DNA of 64,000 bases. It comes from Candidatus Freyarchaeum deiterrae (GTDB lineage: Archaea > Asgardarchaeota > Jordiarchaeia > Jordiarchaeales > Jordiarchaeaceae). Numbering within the stretch: position 1 is the first letter of the stretch; the number at the start of each line of letters is the position of its first letter. The stretch spans positions 960,001 to 1,024,000 of the forward strand of contig CP147778.1 of NCBI GenBank assembly GCA_037305845.1, written 5' to 3'. Made by a program: the position numbers and the translations under genes. The notes under the pieces were generated by a model. It was not told the origin of the DNA, searched no databases, and saw only the letters and a list, made by a program, of their open reading frames with translations. Below are positions 58,975-64,000 of this stretch, one piece after another.

Positions 58975-60972
58975 TTAGGTGAACCAATCGGGTTCAGGTT
59001 CGGGTGGTGGTGGGGGCGGTGGAGGTGGTCCTTCACCCTGTCCAAACTCGAAAAACTCTGGTGGAGGCTTGGGTTTTCTGCGTCCAGCCCAAACAATGGC
59101 AACTAATCCAATCACTACAACTGCCCCTATTCCCACAATACCGCCAATAACCAAAAGATTATTCACGGGTCGGGAACTGCCGAAGAGCAAAAGTAGCAAA
59201 TAAAGCAAGCTGGGTTTGACGCTCGGTGGAGATAAAGGAATAGTGAACAACACGCTTCCATTTCCACTTATATTAACGAACATCAGAGTTCCAGAGAAAT
59301 TGGAAACAGACATATTTGGAGGAACTGTAAAGCTGATTGGTACAAATTGTTGTTCGTCAGTAAGATTGAAAGTGTTGAGGGGGGGTAGAGTCGTATAAGC
59401 GCTAGCATTGCCATTTACACTGAAAGTCGCATTAATGATTGAAGTATTGTTAGTCAAGTTTCCCACAACAATGGTCAGATTGAGGATTGTGATAGATGTG
59501 TTGCTGAGTGTCATAGGAGGCGTGATAGCCCTTATTGGAGTTATTATCAGAGGCGGTATGGTGGTAGCGTTCTTTATGTAATAATCTTGTAGATAGTTGT
59601 ATGCACTGTTAATGTTTATCAGTCCGGCTCCTTGTGAGAATGGATTGTCGCTTAGGTCCGTCGCTTTCATCATAATTGCAGCTTTAACGGTGTTTGGGGA
59701 AATCCAAGACACATTAGAATGAGCATCAAGTAATAGAGCTATTGCACCAGACACAACAGGTGTAGCGGCACTAGTTCCGCTGAAATAATTATGTAGGATA
59801 CTGTGATTATCGTTTGATAGAACAGTTAAATCTTCCCCAGGAGCTACTATGTCTGGTTTGGACCTGTTATCGTCTGTTGGTCCCCGGCTAGAAAAGTAGG
59901 ATACGGAACTGTGACTAGTATCTACCGAGCCGACAGTGATAATATAGGCTCCTAACCCGGGTGAATTTATAGTTCTGTAGATGGGTATAATTCCGTAGTA
60001 GAGGGAAAAACCGTCTCCACCCTCATTGCCAGCAGCTGCGACTACAATCGTGCCGTTATTCCATGCACGGTTGGCCGCAATGCTCAAAGTATCGTCGGAG
60101 GTCCCGTTTGAGTTACCCAAAGACATTGAGATGATATTGGCTTTAGGATGGCTTGTACTATTAGTCAACGCTTCATCTATCGCATTTATTGCCCAAAGAT
60201 CCTCTCCGTTACCGTTTTTATCTAATACCTTCAAGTTCAAGAAAGTTACCGCGGGTGCAACGCCTTTATCGGCGGAATCGTTGATTCCTGATGCTCCGAT
60301 TATTCCAGCTACAGCCGTTCCGTGACCGTTTAGATCATCTGTGGAACTTTCACCTAGTACGAAACTCTGGTTGTAAATTATCTGGCTTCCGGGCAAATCT
60401 ATGTGGGGATTGATTCCGGTGTCTAGGACTGCAACGACAACTCCTGTTCCGTTTAAGCCGTATGTTGTTTGGAGTGTACTGGCTCCTATTGCATTGTTGG
60501 CGCTTTGGTCTTCTGCTTGTATTTCGTTTGTCGTTATTTGTTCGGGTGCTAGTTTTATTTCTTCGTTGTAAGTTATCGAGCTTACATAGTTTTGTTGAGC
60601 TATGATTGGAGCTATTTTTATTGGGGCTTTTATGCATATGCCGTCGAGTATGGTGTAGTTTGAGATAATTTCGAAGTCTCCTAGGTTTTTGAGCAGGTTT
60701 ATTCCCTGGGTGTAGTTGACTGTTCCATCAAAGAATATTATCATCTCGTATTCTGTTGATGGGTCGGAGGTCTGTAGTAGTTGTTGTAGGTGTGTTCCCA
60801 TCTTTGAGTTTAGACTGGTTGAGCTGGTTGGGTTGGTTGGTTGTGTGGGGATTGTTAGCGTGTTACTGGTTGTGGATTGTTGGTTGAATGTGAGGAATAG
60901 TGAGAATGAGAGGATTAGTGTTACAGTTATGAGTAGGATGATGTTTTTTGTTCTTTTCCTGCACATTCTCAT
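58975..60972 (-). CDS. Membrane-anchored S8 subtilase with propeptide and cytoplasmic polyproline tail
   Basis: Catalytic triad VLDTG, HGTAVAG, SGTSAATP; AAGN oxyanion motif; KPDIVAPG; C-terminal TM. Confidence 0.93.
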   Translation of the reverse strand: MRMCRKRTKNIILLITVTLILSFSLFLTFNQQSTTSNTLTIPTQPTNPTSSTSLNSKMGTHLQQLLQTSDPSTEYEMIIFFDGTVNYTQGINLLKNLGDFEIISNYTILDGICIKAPIKIAPIIAQQNYVSSITYNEEIKLAPEQITTNEIQAEDQSANNAIGASTLQTTYGLNGTGVVVAVLDTGINPHIDLPGSQIIYNQSFVLGESSTDDLNGHGTAVAGIIGASGINDSADKGVAPAVTFLNLKVLDKNGNGEDLWAINAIDEALTNSTSHPKANIISMSLGNSNGTSDDTLSIAANRAWNNGTIVVAAAGNEGGDGFSLYYGIIPIYRTINSPGLGAYIITVGSVDTSHSSVSYFSSRGPTDDNRSKPDIVAPGEDLTVLSNDNHSILHNYFSGTSAATPVVSGAIALLLDAHSNVSWISPNTVKAAIMMKATDLSDNPFSQGAGLININSAYNYLQDYYIKNATTIPPLIITPIRAITPPMTLSNTSITILNLTIVVGNLTNNTSIINATFSVNGNASAYTTLPPLNTFNLTDEQQFVPISFTVPPNMSVSNFSGTLMFVNISGNGSVLFTIPLSPPSVKPSLLYLLLLLFGSSRPVNNLLVIGGIVGIGAVVVIGLVAIVWAGRRKPKPPPEFFEFGQGEGPPPPPPPPPEPEPDWFT

Positions 60973-61414
60973 GGTATTACTTCCTTTGAATTAAGGGTTG
61001 ACAGATTAAAATTAGTTAATTTAAAATTGCTTTCGTTTTGTTATCTACTTTATTGGATTATTTTCATATATTTGTATCGATGTGTGTGTTTGCTTATTTT
61101 CGATTATTTTTAGAAGTGTTGGACTAATTCTCTTTGAAAAGTTTTTTGTGGTTTATTTTTAGGGATGAGGGTATAGGTGTTACCCATTACTGAAACACGA
61201 GGTCATCGCTAGCCTTTTACTCGCTGTGCACTATTATAATGGGTATACCCTCAGGATATATTATCTAGATTTGTTGAAATACGTTTTGGTGTTTTAGAAT
61301 TGGACGCTGTTTTTTGAGTGTATATTGCAGTAGTTTGAATTTTTTGTTAGTCTTTGGTGTTGTATTCTTTTTTTGTGAGGAGGGTTTTTATAAGAGTGGA
61401 TTTTTGGTTTGATG

Positions 61415-62431
61415 TTAAGTTTTGTTTGGTTTTTCTTGTTCTATTTGTGCTAGGATTTCTTTCGCTTTGTTTTCTAGGTCTTTGGGGTTTGTTTCTCTTT
61501 CTGTGCGGGCTTTTTCCACTAGTTTTTCTGCCTCGTTCAGCCAATCCGTAGATTTTCTTTCAGCTTTTTCTCTGCAGATGTGGTAGTTTAGTTTTGCGTA
61601 TAGGGCGCTGACCGGGCTTCCGATTATTTGTAATATTTCCGAGGCTTTAAGATGGTTTTCTGCTGCGAGGTTCCAATCTTTTTGTTCTTCGGCGTTTCTG
61701 GCGGAGGCTGAGTAGGCGTAGTATTCGGCGATGAGGGCTTTTTCTTCTTGGTCTGTAGCTCTTAGGAGTTTGGCTATCTCGGTCTGGTGTTCGGACACTT
61801 TTTTCCAGTTTTCTTTGCTTCCCTCGTAGATTACCAGTAATTCGTGGGCTCTTATTAACGCTGGTTCCTTGTCTTGGAAGCCTGTTTTTTCTATAATCTC
61901 GGCAATCTGGAAGTAGAGCTCGGCTGCTTTTTCGAATTCCTGTTTTGTGTATAGGATCTCTGCTTGGATGTTTAGCCTTCTCCTTCTGGCGGTGAGTGCA
62001 GCTTTTTTTCCGAGTTTTTCGAGTGTTTCTTCGGCTTCGGAATAAAGGGTGATTGCTCTTTCGGGGTCGTCGATCATTAGACTGTTTTCAGCTTCTCTGA
62101 GGTTATTGATAGCTAGGGTTAGCTCAGCGAGTTTTTCGTTTTTCTGACTGCCGAGGGTTTTAGCGGCCTCTTTCCAGAGGGTGGTTTCTGGGGGGGAATA
62201 GCTTGTAACCCTTTCCATTTTGCTTCTTATTCTTATGCTTTGAATCCAAGATTCTACAGCCTCTCTTATTAGAGAGAAAGTGTTAATTTCTTCTTGGTTA
62301 GTGGTTTTCTCGATGATTTTGTCTATGAACCAGAGAGAGTCTTCTAGGATGTTTAATCCCGATTCTTTGAGTTCAAATGCTTGTAATAATAGTTCGAAAA
62401 GTCTGTCGATGTAAGAGTTTGCTTCATCCAA
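61415..62431 (-). CDS. Alpha-helical repeat (TPR/SNAP-like) protein
   Basis: Repeats A..LY.EA, KAAELYFQIAE, AAENHLKASE; GGTGA SD. Confidence 0.7.
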   Translation of the reverse strand: MDEANSYIDRLFELLLQAFELKESGLNILEDSLWFIDKIIEKTTNQEEINTFSLIREAVESWIQSIRIRSKMERVTSYSPPETTLWKEAAKTLGSQKNEKLAELTLAINNLREAENSLMIDDPERAITLYSEAEETLEKLGKKAALTARRRRLNIQAEILYTKQEFEKAAELYFQIAEIIEKTGFQDKEPALIRAHELLVIYEGSKENWKKVSEHQTEIAKLLRATDQEEKALIAEYYAYSASARNAEEQKDWNLAAENHLKASEILQIIGSPVSALYAKLNYHICREKAERKSTDWLNEAEKLVEKARTERETNPKDLENKAKEILAQIEQEKPNKT

Positions 62432-62637
62432 AAAAATTTCACCAAATAAAATAGTGAAAGAAACGAATTTAAGAAATTTGGTTTCTTTAAAAAGCTTTCA
62501 AAAACAATAATTGGCGGCTTTAAATTTTTGAGGAGATTAGTATCTTGAGTTGATGTTCAATAAGTATACATATGGTTTGTATTGTAGGAGTACTAAATAT
62601 TAGCGGAGCTTTTTGACTTAGGATGATTATTGGAGGT

Positions 62638-62913
62638 TTATTTTCGGGGGATTGTCGAGTTCGGTTGCATTTCTTCTAATCCTTTAAGATACACTTCTAG
62701 TTGTCTTGCGCTTTTGAATATGTGTATGCTGTCTTGGTCCGCCATTCTTAGTATTGCTGATTTTTTTTGAATGGTTACGTATATTCCTCCGAATGTTGAG
62801 TCATGTTTTAGGAATAAATCTCCTTCGCTTGATCTTTTGCACCAGAATCCGTTTCTTCTCAGAACATTTCTAAACATTCGGGCACCCGCTCTTACTATAA
62901 ATTCTACTCGCAC
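62638..62913 (-). CDS. Small hypothetical protein
   Basis: 91-aa ORF with a plausible alpha/beta pattern. Confidence 0.55.
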   Translation of the reverse strand: MRVEFIVRAGARMFRNVLRRNGFWCKRSSEGDLFLKHDSTFGGIYVTIQKKSAILRMADQDSIHIFKSARQLEVYLKGLEEMQPNSTIPRK

Positions 62914-63117
62914 CCTTAATTATGCAAAAAGAAGTATTAGAAAGTTAATAAGATAAGGATAACACTAAAGAAATACCTAAACCGATATTAGAATTTCAAA
63001 GTTTAAGAAAGTTATCTGATTTGATTAAAGCGAGTATAATAATTGGTCTTCTTTGATGGGTGATGTTTCTCAGTTCCGGAGCAGTTTTGGTTGAATTATT
63101 GCAGGTCTGCAGCAGTA

Positions 63118-63858
63118 TTACTCTTTTCTTTGGGTAGCGTCTATGATTATCGAGGAGATTACAGGAATCTTACTGTCTGTTTTGTTTTTTATTTCCATCT
63201 TGTAGGTTTCTGGTGAAGTTTTTAGAATGGTTACGACGGTTTGTCCGTTCTTTACCAGTGAGTATTCTTTCTTTGTGGGGTCGCCCTTGATTTTGAGCGT
63301 CTGGTTATTCTCAAGGTCTTCTATCGTGTAACCCTGTTTTAGGACGCCTTGTTGCTGTATTGTACCAATTGTTTTTTGGCAGCGATCTTTTAGAATATAC
63401 TTTGTGTACTGTAGGTTTCCCTCGGCACTACCTACAACTAGTCCTTTTGCATTTCGTATGTGTACTATTAATCCCGATGAAGTATTCTCGCACTCCACGA
63501 ATCCTAGAAACTCATTCCCAGGATTTTTTATCTCGTATTGGAACAGATTCTTCGAACCTACAACATTTATTGAGAAACCAGTTCCGGGAAAATCTAGAGA
63601 GTCACAATCTTTGGGCAAACTCTGTTCTTCTATTATTCTACTTGGAACAAAGGACGCTTCTTCCTTTTTTGAACGTCTTGAGGTTCGTGCAAGAGGAATA
63701 ACTATCGTTGCTCCATCTTCAGACAAGTTTGACACCGCACTCTCGGGACTGGATTCTGATTCTGAGGTGTAGGGTTTTCCGCAATTCGGACAGTTTTTAC
63801 GCCCAGATAAGAACGAGCTCCCACAATTCGAACAAATTCTTACCTCAAGTTTACTCAT
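63118..63858 (-). CDS. Zinc-ribbon plus LURP-one/scramblase-like domain protein
   Basis: CSNC...CPNC N-terminus; C-terminal Y.I...G..IG.I repeats ending ISSIIID. Confidence 0.75.
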   Translation of the reverse strand: MSKLEVRICSNCGSSFLSGRKNCPNCGKPYTSESESSPESAVSNLSEDGATIVIPLARTSRRSKKEEASFVPSRIIEEQSLPKDCDSLDFPGTGFSINVVGSKNLFQYEIKNPGNEFLGFVECENTSSGLIVHIRNAKGLVVGSAEGNLQYTKYILKDRCQKTIGTIQQQGVLKQGYTIEDLENNQTLKIKGDPTKKEYSLVKNGQTVVTILKTSPETYKMEIKNKTDSKIPVISSIIIDATQRKE

Positions 63859-64000
63859 ATTTCTTCCCCTAGTGTTTTCCCTTTTATTAAATAGAGCAAG
63901 TGCTTCCTTATGAATATAATGCTTTATAAATTATCAAAATTTCTTTTTATTTTAAAAATTTTCTCAATATTAACGTTAAATTTTTTTGAAACTCCAAAAG

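Overview
Archaeal chromosomal window, most likely from an Asgard archaeon. This assignment is inferred from archaeal TBP, PoK/PPS, CofCDE and GGTGA-type Shine-Dalgarno sites together with a Rab-like GTPase, a CdvA-like coiled coil and large single-pass surface proteins. Most of the window is housekeeping: a CoA cluster (mfnA, panE, pps, pok, coaBC), hisG, tatD, the oapABC/arvABC operon, nnrDE, speB, an F420 operon (cofE-cofD-DUS-like-cofC), korABC, an ABC exporter, hxlB, aspartate kinase and a membrane subtilase. I found no rRNA, tRNA, CRISPR array or transposase. The main discovery is an HD-domain (dNTP triphosphohydrolase-like) gene at 26787-28038 that looks frameshifted. It is interrupted inside its HDIGHGPFSH motif by a 31-nt segment (27065-27095) that folds into a canonical bulge-helix-bulge. 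Cutting at the canonical endonuclease positions restores the frame and the motif exactly, which makes it a candidate tRNA-type intron in an mRNA. Other notable items are a LysA/ODC-fold protein lacking its PLP lysine, an AbrB-GTPase fusion, a subtilase with a cytoplasmic polyproline tail, several unannotated structured intergenic RNAs or leaders, and a sawtooth AC-to-GT strand skew that is independent of gene direction. Family assignments come from motif recognition, not database searches.
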